Assembly (NCBI GenBank): GCA_963771075.1
Contig: CAVYSE010000014.1
Coordinates: 32,226 to 96,225 of the forward strand
DNA: 64,000 nucleotides
From: a candidate division FCPU426 bacterium
Lineage (GTDB): Bacteria; Oederibacteriota; Muellerivitia; Muellerivitales; Muellerivitaceae
Direction: 5' to 3'
Within the stretch, counting starts at the first letter, position 1. Each line of letters starts with the position of its first letter. Shown piece by piece: positions 19,296-30,031 of this stretch. The position numbers and the translations under genes are program-made. The notes below the pieces were generated by a model that worked only from the letters and a program-made list of their open reading frames with translations, did no database searches and was not told where the DNA came from.

Positions 19296-21314
19296 GTGAA
19301 CCAAAGGATGGGTTCCGTCAACTTATGGGAGCATGATTTGAACGTCATCGAAATTAATGATATTTACAAAATTTATAAAATGGGCGACACGGAAGTCCGC
19401 GCCCTGAACGGCGTGTCCCTTACTATTGGAACAGGAGAATTCGTCGCGATCATGGGCGCTTCCGGAAGCGGGAAGTCCACCATGCTTCAAATATTGGGGC
19501 TCCTCGATACGCCCGATTCAGGCTCCTATAAATTATTGGGTAAAGAAGTTTCTTCCCTTAAAGAAGACGAATTGGCGGCCATTCGAAGCCAAACCCTCGG
19601 TTTTATATTTCAAATGTTCAATCTCCTGGCCCGTACCACATCCCTGGATCAGGTATCCCTACCCCTTCTTTACTCGGACCCCGATGCCGCCCATGGCGAC
19701 CCTAAAAAGCTCTTGGAAATGGTGGGATTAGGGGAACGATTAGACCACAAACCCAATGAGCTTTCCGGCGGACAACAGCAACGCGTGGCCATCGCCCGGG
19801 CGCTCAGCAACCAGCCGAGGGTGATCCTTGCCGATGAACCCACCGGAAACTTGGATTCCAAAAGCTCGGAAGAGATTATTGAATTTCTAGGCAAAATGAA
19901 TGAAAGCGGCATTACCGTTGTCTTGGTGACCCACGAACCGGATATCGCCGCTCACGCCCGGCGGATCATCACCATGAAGGATGGAAAAATTCTATCCGAT
20001 CAGTTAAATCCCCAATCCCATCTTGCTCCTCCACGGACCATTCAATTAGCCGACCCCAAGGATATATCCACCCACCACTCCTCGTTTAATTTCAAACAGG
20101 TCCGGGATTATTTTCGGCAGGCCTTTCGCTCCCTCATGGCTAACAAGGTTCGTTCTTTTTTGTCGGTATTGGGCATCTGGATCGGGGTGGCAGCCGTTAT
20201 CGCGATGTTGGCGGTTGGCACGGGCGCTCAAAAATCCCTTGAAAAACAGCTGGCCTCCTTGGGAACCAATCTTTTAATGTTAAGGCCAGGCTCGGTCGCG
20301 GTAGGTGGGGTCCAGCAGGGCTTGGGGGGAACGAGCCGGATCATGCTCCAGGACGCCGAGGCGATCGCCAAGGTTCCCATGGTCAAAAAGATCGCGCCGG
20401 AAATATCCGGACGCGTCCAGGCCACCTACGCGGATAAAAACTGGAATACCCAAGTGACTGGCACCACCCCTAATTACGCATCCATGCGGGCCGCTCAACC
20501 GATTTATGGGCACTTTTTCACAGAGGATGACATTAAAAAGCGAAACCGGGTTTGTCTCCTGGGTTTAACGGTCATTAAAAACCTCTTCGGGGACAACGGA
20601 AATCCCATCGGCCAGGATATAAAGATCAATCGCGTTAATTTTCAAGTGATCGGCGTTTTGCCCGTCAAGGGAGCCAATGGCTTTCAGGATCAGGATGATG
20701 CCATCGTCGTTCCTGTTACCACCGCCATGTACCGGCTCTTTGGCAAGGAATACATGAACTTGGTAGACATTGAGGCCGATAGTCCTCAGGACACCGTTCC
20801 CGCCGCGGAAGCCGTTAAAGCTTTTATTATGAAGTTGAAACATGTGCCCAACTTGCCGGGCAATCAAGACGCTTTCCAGGTCCGAAATATGGCGGACATC
20901 CAAGCAACCCTGAGCGCCTCGACTCAGATCATGACGGTCCTGTTATCTTGCATCGCCGCCATTTCATTGTTGGTGGGTGGGATCGGTATCATGAATATCA
21001 TGTTAGTTTCAGTGACCGAGCGTACTCGGGAGATAGGCCTCCGTAAGGCTTTGGGCGCGCGGCGCTTTGATATTCTTTCCCAATTCTTAATCGAATCAGT
21101 GGCCATAAGTTTTACCGGCGGCCTGATGGGGATTGTATGCGGTTGGCTCGCGACAATTCTTATTTCTCTGTTCGCGGGATGGGCAACCATCGTGACAGCT
21201 ACTTCCATTTTGTTGGCTTCCTTTTTTTCCGCCATCGTTGGGATTGTTTTCGGGATCTGGCCCGCCTATAAAGCCTCCCGTCTTAGCCCCATCCTTGCGC
21301 TCCGCTATGAATAA
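19296..21314 (+). CDS. macB: MacB-like ABC transporter (ATPase-permease fusion)
   Basis: GASGSGKST, LSGGQQQRVAIARAL, ADEPTGNLD; MacB-PCD/FtsX with GGIGIMNIMLVSVTERTREIG; true start may be about 40 nt downstream. Confidence 0.92.
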   Translation: MNQRMGSVNLWEHDLNVIEINDIYKIYKMGDTEVRALNGVSLTIGTGEFVAIMGASGSGKSTMLQILGLLDTPDSGSYKLLGKEVSSLKEDELAAIRSQTLGFIFQMFNLLARTTSLDQVSLPLLYSDPDAAHGDPKKLLEMVGLGERLDHKPNELSGGQQQRVAIARALSNQPRVILADEPTGNLDSKSSEEIIEFLGKMNESGITVVLVTHEPDIAAHARRIITMKDGKILSDQLNPQSHLAPPRTIQLADPKDISTHHSSFNFKQVRDYFRQAFRSLMANKVRSFLSVLGIWIGVAAVIAMLAVGTGAQKSLEKQLASLGTNLLMLRPGSVAVGGVQQGLGGTSRIMLQDAEAIAKVPMVKKIAPEISGRVQATYADKNWNTQVTGTTPNYASMRAAQPIYGHFFTEDDIKKRNRVCLLGLTVIKNLFGDNGNPIGQDIKINRVNFQVIGVLPVKGANGFQDQDDAIVVPVTTAMYRLFGKEYMNLVDIEADSPQDTVPAAEAVKAFIMKLKHVPNLPGNQDAFQVRNMADIQATLSASTQIMTVLLSCIAAISLLVGGIGIMNIMLVSVTERTREIGLRKALGARRFDILSQFLIESVAISFTGGLMGIVCGWLATILISLFAGWATIVTATSILLASFFSAIVGIVFGIWPAYKASRLSPILALRYE

Positions 21315-21467
21315 TCCCAACCCAATGGCTTTGTTGCGGGATATAACCCTTCCCTTCTAACCAAAAATCCCAGTAGAATCCGAATTTTCCAGCGTCTAGC
21401 TCCGTTCCCTTTTAGCAATGTGGCCGTTATAGTAAGGCGGCTTTAAAGCGAAAGACGAAAGGCTTTC

Positions 21468-23237
21468 ATGCGAAAAATTCACCTTTTTCCGGTCTTGTTC
21501 TTCTTGGCGGGTGTTTTCCCTTTCGCTTTTTTTCTTTGGAATTCGCCCAAGGTCTTGGAAAGACATTTTCAAACCATCGTTTCGAACGACCCCCAAAACA
21601 GCCTTTCCCAAAGTTTAGCCGCGCTTACCAATACCCAAATGCGGTTTCAAAGCGAAATCAACCTCAAGGCCATGCGGATCGCCTCCTTGGAACCCCTGCG
21701 CAAAGCCCTGGGCAAGGCTAAACCAAAATTCGAGGATATCAAGTCTGCCCTGGGAGATGCGCTGGAACCTCCCAACAAGACTCAATTAGTCCTGTCGGAC
21801 GCAAAAGGAAACGCGCTTTTTAACAATTTGGGGATGGCTTTACCCCTTCCCCCGCCAACCCTACTCCCGGATAAGAAAAGAAAATCCACCCATTCGCCTA
21901 GGCCGGCAGAACCCGCCTATCCCTCCATCCTTGACTGGCCGGGGATGGATAAAGCCTTACAAGGCTTCCCGATACAGGGTGCCTTCCAGAGAAACGGGCA
22001 AGCCTATTGGGGGATCTATTTTCCCCTGACCCAAGCCAAACAAAACCTTAAGGTTCTTGTTTTGGCGTTTCCCCTCGATAACGCTTGGCTCAAACAACTT
22101 TCCCGGGAAACATTGAACGACCTTATTTTTTATTCCCAAGCACAGACCATGGTCACTTGCCAATGCACCGCCCCGGCTTTAAACCCGGCAAAACTGGTCG
22201 CGCCTTCCAGCCACCCTGAAAAAAGGCTCCAAGTCGATTGGGACGACCAGTCTTATTTGGTCGATGGGATTGAAATACCAGGTATCGACGGAAAATCATT
22301 CGGCACCATCGCATTGTTTCAGCCGGTACGAAAAACGGTAACCGTATTGGGCGACCCCCGATCCGACCTATTGCGTCTCGGTCTGATCTGCCTGGCCTTG
22401 ATGGCGGTTTTTTTATTGGCAGTGGGCTGGGGCTATACCTATTCCATGAAACAAGCCTTGGTTTCCATCGCGGGTATCAAATACGGCTCGTCTAACACGG
22501 GCCTTCCTGTCAATCGAATCGACGAATGGGGCCGGATGGCGCGTTCCCTCCAGGAAATGCGGGATCGTTTCAAGGAAAAAGAGCGAGTTTCACTCATTTT
22601 GGGAAAATACATGGCTCCCGACGTCGCCAAAAAGCTCTTGGTGGAAAAAAACTTTTTTGCCTTGGAGGGGGAGACCCGCGGATGCGTCTTGATGGCGGTT
22701 GTCCTTCGGCAGCTCGAATCCCTGGAATTCACCACCCCTCCCAAGGTTTGGTTGGAAACGCTCAATGAGTATTTCACGCTGATCCATGAGTCCGTTGCCC
22801 GCCACGAGGGATTAATGGATTATTTTTTGGGAAACCAAGCGCACGCGGCTTGGGGGGTTCCCTTCGCGTTGGAAGATATGGTTGGAAAGGCATGCAGTTG
22901 CGCCACCGAGATCATGGAGCACTTGACTTCCCTCAACATTGAAAAAATTTCCAGAAATGAACCTAGGATTGAACTTTCCATTGGGCTTCATTATGGCCCC
23001 GTCGTTGCCGGAAACATCGGATCAGACCGCTTTTATGGTTATTCGGTAATCGGACGTTCTGTCGAGATCGCCCAAGAACTCGCTAAACATGCCGACTCCC
23101 GGCAAATCCTGGCCTCCAGCGATTTTAGCCGGAAAGTCCACGATCCTTTTTCCACTTCACCCCTTCCCAGTTTCAAAAGCGGGGAATTGGGTGAATTGGC
23201 TCCGTTCCAAATCACCGCCGCCTCACCCAAAACATAG
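21468..23237 (+). CDS. Membrane protein with HAMP and degenerate class III adenylate/guanylate cyclase domain
   Basis: Two TM segments, HAMP (RIDEWGRMA), cyclase motifs LNEYF and IGLHYGPVVAGNIGS, but catalytic residues substituted. Confidence 0.8.
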   Translation: MRKIHLFPVLFFLAGVFPFAFFLWNSPKVLERHFQTIVSNDPQNSLSQSLAALTNTQMRFQSEINLKAMRIASLEPLRKALGKAKPKFEDIKSALGDALEPPNKTQLVLSDAKGNALFNNLGMALPLPPPTLLPDKKRKSTHSPRPAEPAYPSILDWPGMDKALQGFPIQGAFQRNGQAYWGIYFPLTQAKQNLKVLVLAFPLDNAWLKQLSRETLNDLIFYSQAQTMVTCQCTAPALNPAKLVAPSSHPEKRLQVDWDDQSYLVDGIEIPGIDGKSFGTIALFQPVRKTVTVLGDPRSDLLRLGLICLALMAVFLLAVGWGYTYSMKQALVSIAGIKYGSSNTGLPVNRIDEWGRMARSLQEMRDRFKEKERVSLILGKYMAPDVAKKLLVEKNFFALEGETRGCVLMAVVLRQLESLEFTTPPKVWLETLNEYFTLIHESVARHEGLMDYFLGNQAHAAWGVPFALEDMVGKACSCATEIMEHLTSLNIEKISRNEPRIELSIGLHYGPVVAGNIGSDRFYGYSVIGRSVEIAQELAKHADSRQILASSDFSRKVHDPFSTSPLPSFKSGELGELAPFQITAASPKT

Positions 23238-23287
23238 TTTTCGTTTCAACGGTTTCAAATTCCATTTCCAAGTACAACAAGGAACCC

Positions 23288-24370
23288 ATGTCCACCGACC
23301 GGCCCATCCATTCGAAACATTCCTTTCACCAAAAATTGCTCCAGTGGTACGACCGAAACCGGAGAGATCTTCCCTGGAGAAAAACAAAAAATCCTTACCA
23401 TACCTTCGTCTCCGAAATGATGCTCCAGCAAACTCAAGTGAAGACCGTCATCCCCTTTTTCGAAAGGTTCATTCGGGAATTGCCGAATTGGAATGCCTTG
23501 GCAACAACCTCCGAGGAGAGGGTACTCAAACTTTGGGAAGGTTTGGGATATTACCGTCGGGCCAAAAATTTGAGAGCCGCGGCCAAGAGGGTGGTTTTGG
23601 AGTTTGATGGACGATTGCCCCAACAAATGAACGACATTCTTGGTCTGCCTGGAGTGGGTCCCTATAGCGCCGGTGCCATCCTATCCATTGCTTTTCAAAA
23701 ACCCCTTCCAGTGGTGGATGGAAACGTGATAAGGGTCTTTTCCAGGTTGTTCTTGTTAAAAGGGAACCTTAAATCAGGCCTCGGGTCAAAAAAGGTCTGG
23801 GAATTGGCGAAAGTAATGGTTCCTGCCAAAAGACCCGGCGATTATAACCAAGCACTAATGGAACTCGGAGCCACCCTTTGCCACCCCGAAGAACCTCTAT
23901 GCCTGCGTTGCCCAGTTCGTTCCCTTTGCGAGGCGGCCCGGCACGGGATACAAAACCTACTGCCCCAACCGGAGAAAACCCGAAAGACCGTCGAAATTCA
24001 AATGGCGGTCATTTTAGTTTTAAAAGGCAATAAATGGCTCACTCGGAAAAGGGATGAATCGGAAAGATGGATGCAGGGAATGTGGGAATTTCCATCAAGC
24101 GAGGGCAAAAACTTCGAGGACGCCCTTCGGAAATTGGAAAAACAATGGAAGGTCAAGGCCCGCCGAAAGGTTTTAAAAGAAGTAAGGCATCAAATTACCC
24201 ATCATAAGATCAAGCTAAGGCTTTATCAGGCCCAAACCGCCGGAGCCCCAACGGCCAAAAGAGCGATTTGGGTTTCCTATCGTCAATTGGTCGGACTTCC
24301 CTTCGCAAGCGCCCAAAATAAACTGAGGGAATGGGCCAAAACCCAAAAGCTCCCGATACTAAAGATTTAG
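23288..24370 (+). CDS. mutY: A/G-specific adenine glycosylase
   Basis: RDLPWR, SEMMLQQTQV, WEGLGYY, LPGVGPY, VDGNV.RV, C-x6-C-x2-C-x5-C FeS motif, NUDIX-like tail. Confidence 0.97.
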   Translation: MSTDRPIHSKHSFHQKLLQWYDRNRRDLPWRKTKNPYHTFVSEMMLQQTQVKTVIPFFERFIRELPNWNALATTSEERVLKLWEGLGYYRRAKNLRAAAKRVVLEFDGRLPQQMNDILGLPGVGPYSAGAILSIAFQKPLPVVDGNVIRVFSRLFLLKGNLKSGLGSKKVWELAKVMVPAKRPGDYNQALMELGATLCHPEEPLCLRCPVRSLCEAARHGIQNLLPQPEKTRKTVEIQMAVILVLKGNKWLTRKRDESERWMQGMWEFPSSEGKNFEDALRKLEKQWKVKARRKVLKEVRHQITHHKIKLRLYQAQTAGAPTAKRAIWVSYRQLVGLPFASAQNKLREWAKTQKLPILKI

Positions 24371-24438
24371 CATTTGTAAAACAACTTTGCTTTCCTCCCC
24401 CGGTCTTCGTCTCTTCGCGATGAAAGTTTGGGATTGAG

Positions 24439-25221
24439 TTACCGGTTCCTGAACAACTTTTCGAAAAATTCCTTCATCGCCTTCCAGGACTTCTCATCAG
24501 CCGAAGGGTTATAAAGCGCTCCCTTCAATTGACCCTTAGCGTCCGGATTGGTAAAGCTATGCTGGGCTCCAGGATAGGTAATGATTTGATAATCCACTCC
24601 TGCGGCCTTCATTTCTTTCTCAAAAGCCGGAACCGAGGATAGGGTGAAGCTATCCGCCCCGCCCTGGTTGATGAGCACCTTCGCTTTGATGTTTTTTGTG
24701 TCCAGTGGCGAAGGGTTATCCAATCCTCCATGAAAAGTCACAATCCCCTTAACAGGGGCCCCGCTTCGGCCCAGCTCAAGGACCGCGGCCCCGCCAAAAC
24801 AATAACCGATAGCCCCCAACTTGTCCTGATCTACCATTGTGTTGTTTTGAAGCTGGGCGAGCCCGGCATTGACACGTTCGCGAAAAAGCTTCCTGTTTTT
24901 ATAATAGATCCCGGAGGTCGCCGTACAATCCTCAACCTTTTCGGGTCTTATATCCTTGCCATATATATCCGCCGCGAAAGCCACGTAACCCAATTGGGCC
25001 AAATGGTCGGCCTTTGACTTCGCGAATTTTCCCAACCCAGTCCATTCATGAACCACAAGGATTCCTGGTCTTTTCCCCTGAAAGGAATCATCGTAGGCAA
25101 GGTAACCTTCCAAAGCGGCGTCGCCATCTTTATATTCCACGGTTTGGGTATTCAATTTGGCTAGGACGGGACAACCCGTCATCAGCAGCAACCAACTCAA
25201 AACCACAAATTTAATTTTCAT
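24439..25221 (-). CDS. Dienelactone hydrolase family protein (exported)
   Basis: VVHEWTG, GYCFGG nucleophile, YPGAQHSF; N-terminal signal peptide. Confidence 0.9.
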   Translation of the reverse strand: MKIKFVVLSWLLLMTGCPVLAKLNTQTVEYKDGDAALEGYLAYDDSFQGKRPGILVVHEWTGLGKFAKSKADHLAQLGYVAFAADIYGKDIRPEKVEDCTATSGIYYKNRKLFRERVNAGLAQLQNNTMVDQDKLGAIGYCFGGAAVLELGRSGAPVKGIVTFHGGLDNPSPLDTKNIKAKVLINQGGADSFTLSSVPAFEKEMKAAGVDYQIITYPGAQHSFTNPDAKGQLKGALYNPSADEKSWKAMKEFFEKLFRNR

Positions 25222-25531
25222 TCTTATTCCTTCCTAATTTGAGATGCACCTTATATATGGGAGTCTCCCCTCAAAAAACAAGGTTCGGATTTACTTTCGA
25301 GATGGATAATCTTCAAGTTTCATGGTTGAGGACGGCCCGCGCCAATCGCACAACCTTTGTAATTTCTCATGAGAAAGCTGACAGTCCGGGTCAGCGGGGG
25401 TATCATAGGGGTGATTCCTCTTGGCCTTCTTTGAGGTTCAAAGGGGGGAACAAGAGCGTTTTATGTTGACAACCATTTTTTAGTTTTTGCACTGGGGAAT
25501 CGAACAATATCTCATCGCCGGGGAGGAATCC

Positions 25532-25999
25532 ATGGCTATTCGGAAAGAAGCGAAAGTTTCTACTTTTTTGAAGGAAGTCAATTTATTTGATGGATTGGAA
25601 AGCAAAGTCATCAACGAGATATTTAAAATCGGCATGGTTCAGAATTTCAAAAAAGGCGATTTGATCGTTCGGGAAGAACAACCCAGCGGATGTCTTTATA
25701 TCCTCATTACCGGAAAAGCAGAGGTTCTAATTTCGCACAAAGGGAAACCCCAGAAAAAAGCCTTAGCGAAACTCAACCGCGGTTCGGTCATCGGGGAGAT
25801 GAGCATATTCGACGGGGCTCCTGCTTCCGCAACGGTTCGAGCACTTGAAGATTGCGATGTACACATCATAAGGGGTTCGGATTTTGACGCTTTCCTCAAG
25901 AAAAACCCCAGCTCCGCTTACCTGATCATGAAGTCTCTGATTTTATCCCTCTCCAACCGGTTACGACGTACCAACTTGGCCCTTTCCCTCATTGCCTGA
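25532..25999 (+). CDS. Cyclic nucleotide-binding domain protein
   Basis: LYILITG, IGEMSIFD..PASATVRA; ATG preceded by GGAGG. Confidence 0.88.
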   Translation: MAIRKEAKVSTFLKEVNLFDGLESKVINEIFKIGMVQNFKKGDLIVREEQPSGCLYILITGKAEVLISHKGKPQKKALAKLNRGSVIGEMSIFDGAPASATVRALEDCDVHIIRGSDFDAFLKKNPSSAYLIMKSLILSLSNRLRRTNLALSLIA

Positions 26000-26119
26000 A
26001 AATGGGTCCCGCGCTAAAACGCGGGGCTTCATTCCCACTTCTCTTTAGCGATTTACCAAGAAATTCATCTTATGGTCGTTCATTATAAAACAACAAAACA
26101 ACCAAGGTTTTTGGATTGA

Positions 26120-29100
26120 TCAACGAATGACGAGAAGTTTACCGATTGTCTTGGCGCCGTTGACTGTCACCACCGCATAGTAAAGACCATTGGCCAGCGG
26201 ATTCCCTCCCCGGCCCGTCAGGTTGACGTTAACGCTCGTTCCCGAGGGTATGGAATAGAAGGTCTCATCCACTACCTTTCGATAATTCACCGTGAAGATC
26301 TCCACCCTCACCGTCGAGATTCCCGTGTAACTGGGCGGAAGCACATTTACCGTCGGTCCCGTCACCGGGTTGGGATAAAGGATTGGTATCTTCTGGGGTA
26401 CCGGCGTTTGCGTAAAGGTCGGGGTAATCGTTCTAGTCGTGGTGGCCGAGATCGTCCAGGTGGAGGTCGCGGTCCATGTCACCGAGGGGGTCAACGTCGG
26501 TGTGGCGGTATAGGTATAGGTGTTGGTAGGTGTGGAGGTTTGGGTGGGCGTGGACGTGGCTTGCTGGCAGTTCACGGTGTTGCCCGAAACCGGCAATCCC
26601 GTGATCGACACCGGCTGTCCTCCATTATTCGTACTGGTTCCCGTCAACCCACTGACGGAGAAATCATAGGTGCCAAAGGCGGAGGGTGAGAAGTTCACCA
26701 ATACCTGTACATTGACCGGCGAAGACGAAACCAGGAAATTACCCAGGCTGAGCGTGGCCGTATTGCCGGTGAACCCGGAGACGGTAGACTGCAGTATTCC
26801 GTTCAAATAAACACTGATGGATGTGACATTCGCCGCGTTGCCGCCCAGGTCGCTGACCGTGATATTCGTGAGGTTGACACCTAATGCGCTTGGATCGCTG
26901 AGGTTCGCGGATACTGCCGTGACACCGGCGGACCCGGAAAGAGTATTGAAGGTGGACGAGGTCGAGCTGATATTCACAATGGCCGAGGTGGGCGTAGAGC
27001 TGGCAGTTGGGGTCGAACTCGCGGTCGGGGTCGGAGTGGCCGTAGGGGTAACGGTCAGTGTGCTGGTCGGCGGAACCGCCGTAAAGGTATGGGTATTAGT
27101 GAAAACCGGGGTATAGGAAAGCGTCGGGGTATTCGTCATCGTGCTTGTACCGGTGGGGCTCAGGGTGATCGTAAAGGTGCCGGAGGAAGTGGGTGTGGCA
27201 GTGGGAGTGAATGAACTCGTCGAGGTGGGAGTCGCGGTAATCGTGTTGCTGAAGGTAGAGGTAGGAGTATGGGTTGGCGTTCTTGTGGGGGTTTCCGTCA
27301 AGGTTTCCGTCGAGCTATAGGTCAGGGTGGCCGTAGCGGTCGAAGTGACGGTAGCGGTTGAGGTTCCCGTATGCGTAATGGTGGGTGACAAGGTTTCAGT
27401 CGGGGATAAAGTGATCGTGGGGCTCAAGGGGAAAGTCGCCGTCGGTGTTCCGCTTTGAGTTGGCGTTCCGGTCAAAGTTGACGTCCCGGTATGCGTGGAA
27501 GTTGTAGAAGCGGTGAAGGTCAGGGTTTGGGTCGAAGTCGGGGAAGCCGTGGAGGTCAAAGTTCCAGTATGGGTGGCTGTCTGGGTAAAGGTCGAGGTGC
27601 GGGTAAATGTGGCTGTGCTGGAGAAGGTCGGGGATAAGGTTGCCGTTGAGGTTGTAGTGGATGAATAGGTAAACGTATGGGTTACCGTAGCCGTCGTACT
27701 CACAGTGGCTGTTGGAGATAGAGTCACGGTCGGGGACAAGGTGATCGTCGGGCTCAAGGGGAAGGTTGCCGTCGAGGTTCCGGTTTGGGTCGAGGTTTCC
27801 GTGACGGTATAGGTTGGGGTGCTCGTGGGAGTCACGGTGCGGGTGGCTGTGGCAGTGACCGTAAAGGTCGAGGTTCCCGTAGAGGTACGGGTTGTCGTTG
27901 GAGACAAGGTATTCGTCGAAGTTAATGGAAGGGTCGCGGTTGCGGTCACCGAGACAGTGGAGGTCATAGTGGAAGTGGCCGTACCGTTGGCGGTTCGTGT
28001 TGCCGTCGGTGTAGCGGTCAGGGTAGCCGTCGGCGACGAGGAAGATGTTGGCGAGAAGGTCAAAGTAAGGGTGAAGGGGGATGTGGCGGTGGGTGATCCC
28101 GTTACGGTTAGGGTACTGGTCAAGGTCATCGTACGGGTCGAAGTGGATGTCATCGTCGCGGTAGGGGTAGGTGTTGAGGTCACGGTCGAGGTAAAGGTTC
28201 GGGTTAGGGTGGAAGTCGCCGTCAAGGTCGAGGAGGCAGTGGGCGTACTCGTGACCGTCGGGGTCGGGGTTGACGAATTGGACGGTGTCCAGGTGCGCGT
28301 GGCGGTCATTGTCGTAGTGGAAGTAAAGGTGCCGGTGGGGGTCAAGGTAATCGTAACGGTCGGGCTCAAGGTGCGGGTAGACGTCAAAGTGCTTGTATTG
28401 GTGGAAGTAAGGGTTCGCGTTACCGTCATTGTAGTTGTGGGGGTAGGGCTGGATGTATTCGTTATCGTGTTAGTCTTTGTCGGGGTGAATGTCGGAGTCG
28501 GGGTACTTGTGAATGTACGCGTAGGGGTCAAGGTGAAAGTCGGTGTACCACCTCCGCCCGAACAATTGGGCGTGGGAGTTTGATAAAGATCGTTCAACCA
28601 GGTCGAAACCGGAACGCCATGCCCGGAGGAAGGGGCAAAACCTGTATAACTGCTCAAAAGCTGAGGTCCGTCATCCGGGCTAAAGGCCCAGGCTGTAGCG
28701 TTGTAAACATAACTTTTATTATTCGCCCCGTCGAGCCAACCGATGAAGGTGTTATCCCACCCCGTGGTGTCCGTGCTAGAGGGCGGTCCGAATTCCTCGA
28801 CGTCAACAGGATATGTTGAAGTGATCACCGTCACGTACGGATCCCAGGTCGTCTCACTCGCGGTTCCCTTGTTACTGTAAACATGAGCCGTGTACATGAC
28901 ACCATAACCCGAACCCGTATCGGTCAAATTGTAGGCTGTCGTACTTCCCGTTTCTTGACCCACTACCCCCTTCAAATCGTAAGCCCATTGCAGTCCGCCG
29001 ACCAAACAAATATTATTCGCCCCCGCGTTGCGGACGACTGTCAACAGGCCCTGAAGCCCTGGTGTATAAGCGGGCGTGGACCCTGTCGAACCACCGTTTC

Positions 29101-29776
29101 TCCAGGTGGCCCAGAAAGTAGTGTCATTTCCAGCCGGGTCATAGGGTTCGTTGTAAAGGTCGAACATCACTGCGGGATTATTTTGGATTCCGGACGTACC
29201 GGCCACTGCAGCCCAAAATGTTTCGGAATTCATGTCCGGCATGGGCTGTTGGGCCGTCGCGGTTCCCCAACCATTCCCACTGCTGCAGGAGGCGGTGCTA
29301 ACAGCACTGCTCGAGGTCCCGGACCAATGAAGGTCCAGGTCCAGGTAGACATTGTTGTTCTCGCAATAATTCGCCACCGCCAAGACCATAGCCTGGTATG
29401 CCGCCTGGTTTTCGCCTGAAGCCTTGGAATTGCCACAACCGCCGAACCAGAAATCCTGGTTGATCGGAAGGCGCACCAGGTTGCAATGCCAAACGTTGAC
29501 CGCCTCGGTGGTGAGCGCGACGTAATCCGTCATGCTGGTCCCATTAATGGTGGTCGTGGGAGCCCCATCCCCATCTCCCGTCGGGCTGTATTCCATACCG
29601 GAAAAATCGACGCCTTTCAGCCGGATTGAACAACCGCTGCTAGCGTTCACGATTTGATTTCCCGAGACTTTAAGTTGAGGAGAAGTAGCTTTAAGTGGGT
29701 TTCCAAATCCAAAATTAAAATAAAAAAGAATTAAAAATACAAAATTCGCTAAAAACGTTTTAAAAGTAGTTCTCAT
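26120..29776 (-). CDS. GH5 glycoside hydrolase (cellulase family) with Thr-rich linker, Ig-like domain and T9SS-like CTD
   Basis: LKVSGNQIV, NLVRLPI, LDLH, DLYNEP (acid/base), HVY, VEEFG (nucleophile); ends YPNP...GLYY...GKLLVIR; start placed at MRTTFK. Confidence 0.9.
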   Translation of the reverse strand: MRTTFKTFLANFVFLILFYFNFGFGNPLKATSPQLKVSGNQIVNASSGCSIRLKGVDFSGMEYSPTGDGDGAPTTTINGTSMTDYVALTTEAVNVWHCNLVRLPINQDFWFGGCGNSKASGENQAAYQAMVLAVANYCENNNVYLDLDLHWSGTSSSAVSTASCSSGNGWGTATAQQPMPDMNSETFWAAVAGTSGIQNNPAVMFDLYNEPYDPAGNDTTFWATWRNGGSTGSTPAYTPGLQGLLTVVRNAGANNICLVGGLQWAYDLKGVVGQETGSTTAYNLTDTGSGYGVMYTAHVYSNKGTASETTWDPYVTVITSTYPVDVEEFGPPSSTDTTGWDNTFIGWLDGANNKSYVYNATAWAFSPDDGPQLLSSYTGFAPSSGHGVPVSTWLNDLYQTPTPNCSGGGGTPTFTLTPTRTFTSTPTPTFTPTKTNTITNTSSPTPTTTMTVTRTLTSTNTSTLTSTRTLSPTVTITLTPTGTFTSTTTMTATRTWTPSNSSTPTPTVTSTPTASSTLTATSTLTRTFTSTVTSTPTPTATMTSTSTRTMTLTSTLTVTGSPTATSPFTLTLTFSPTSSSSPTATLTATPTATRTANGTATSTMTSTVSVTATATLPLTSTNTLSPTTTRTSTGTSTFTVTATATRTVTPTSTPTYTVTETSTQTGTSTATFPLSPTITLSPTVTLSPTATVSTTATVTHTFTYSSTTTSTATLSPTFSSTATFTRTSTFTQTATHTGTLTSTASPTSTQTLTFTASTTSTHTGTSTLTGTPTQSGTPTATFPLSPTITLSPTETLSPTITHTGTSTATVTSTATATLTYSSTETLTETPTRTPTHTPTSTFSNTITATPTSTSSFTPTATPTSSGTFTITLSPTGTSTMTNTPTLSYTPVFTNTHTFTAVPPTSTLTVTPTATPTPTASSTPTASSTPTSAIVNISSTSSTFNTLSGSAGVTAVSANLSDPSALGVNLTNITVSDLGGNAANVTSISVYLNGILQSTVSGFTGNTATLSLGNFLVSSSPVNVQVLVNFSPSAFGTYDFSVSGLTGTSTNNGGQPVSITGLPVSGNTVNCQQATSTPTQTSTPTNTYTYTATPTLTPSVTWTATSTWTISATTTRTITPTFTQTPVPQKIPILYPNPVTGPTVNVLPPSYTGISTVRVEIFTVNYRKVVDETFYSIPSGTSVNVNLTGRGGNPLANGLYYAVVTVNGAKTIGKLLVIR

Positions 29777-29840
29777 GATGCCCCTGCGGTTATTCATAAC
29801 TTCAATTATGAGTTTAAAATGTAACTTATCCTATAAAAGA

Positions 29841-29855
29841 GCAATTTTTATGCCC
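29841..29855 (-). promoter_or_regulatory. Sigma54 promoter of GH5 gene 1
   Basis: Minus strand GGGCATAAAAATTGC (GG-N10-GC), identical to 33864-33878. Confidence 0.75.
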
Positions 29856-30031
29856 TTTGTTACATTTAAAATGAAGAAAAACCCAATATTTTAACGATTT
29901 TGGTACCGGTTACACCATTCAATGATTCTCATTAAATTAACTTTTAGTAAAACTTCTAACTATTTGAATAATATTTTCACAAATCAAAGCAATTTGGTTT
30001 GTCTGGATTAATTGATGTTTCTTAAAGAAGG

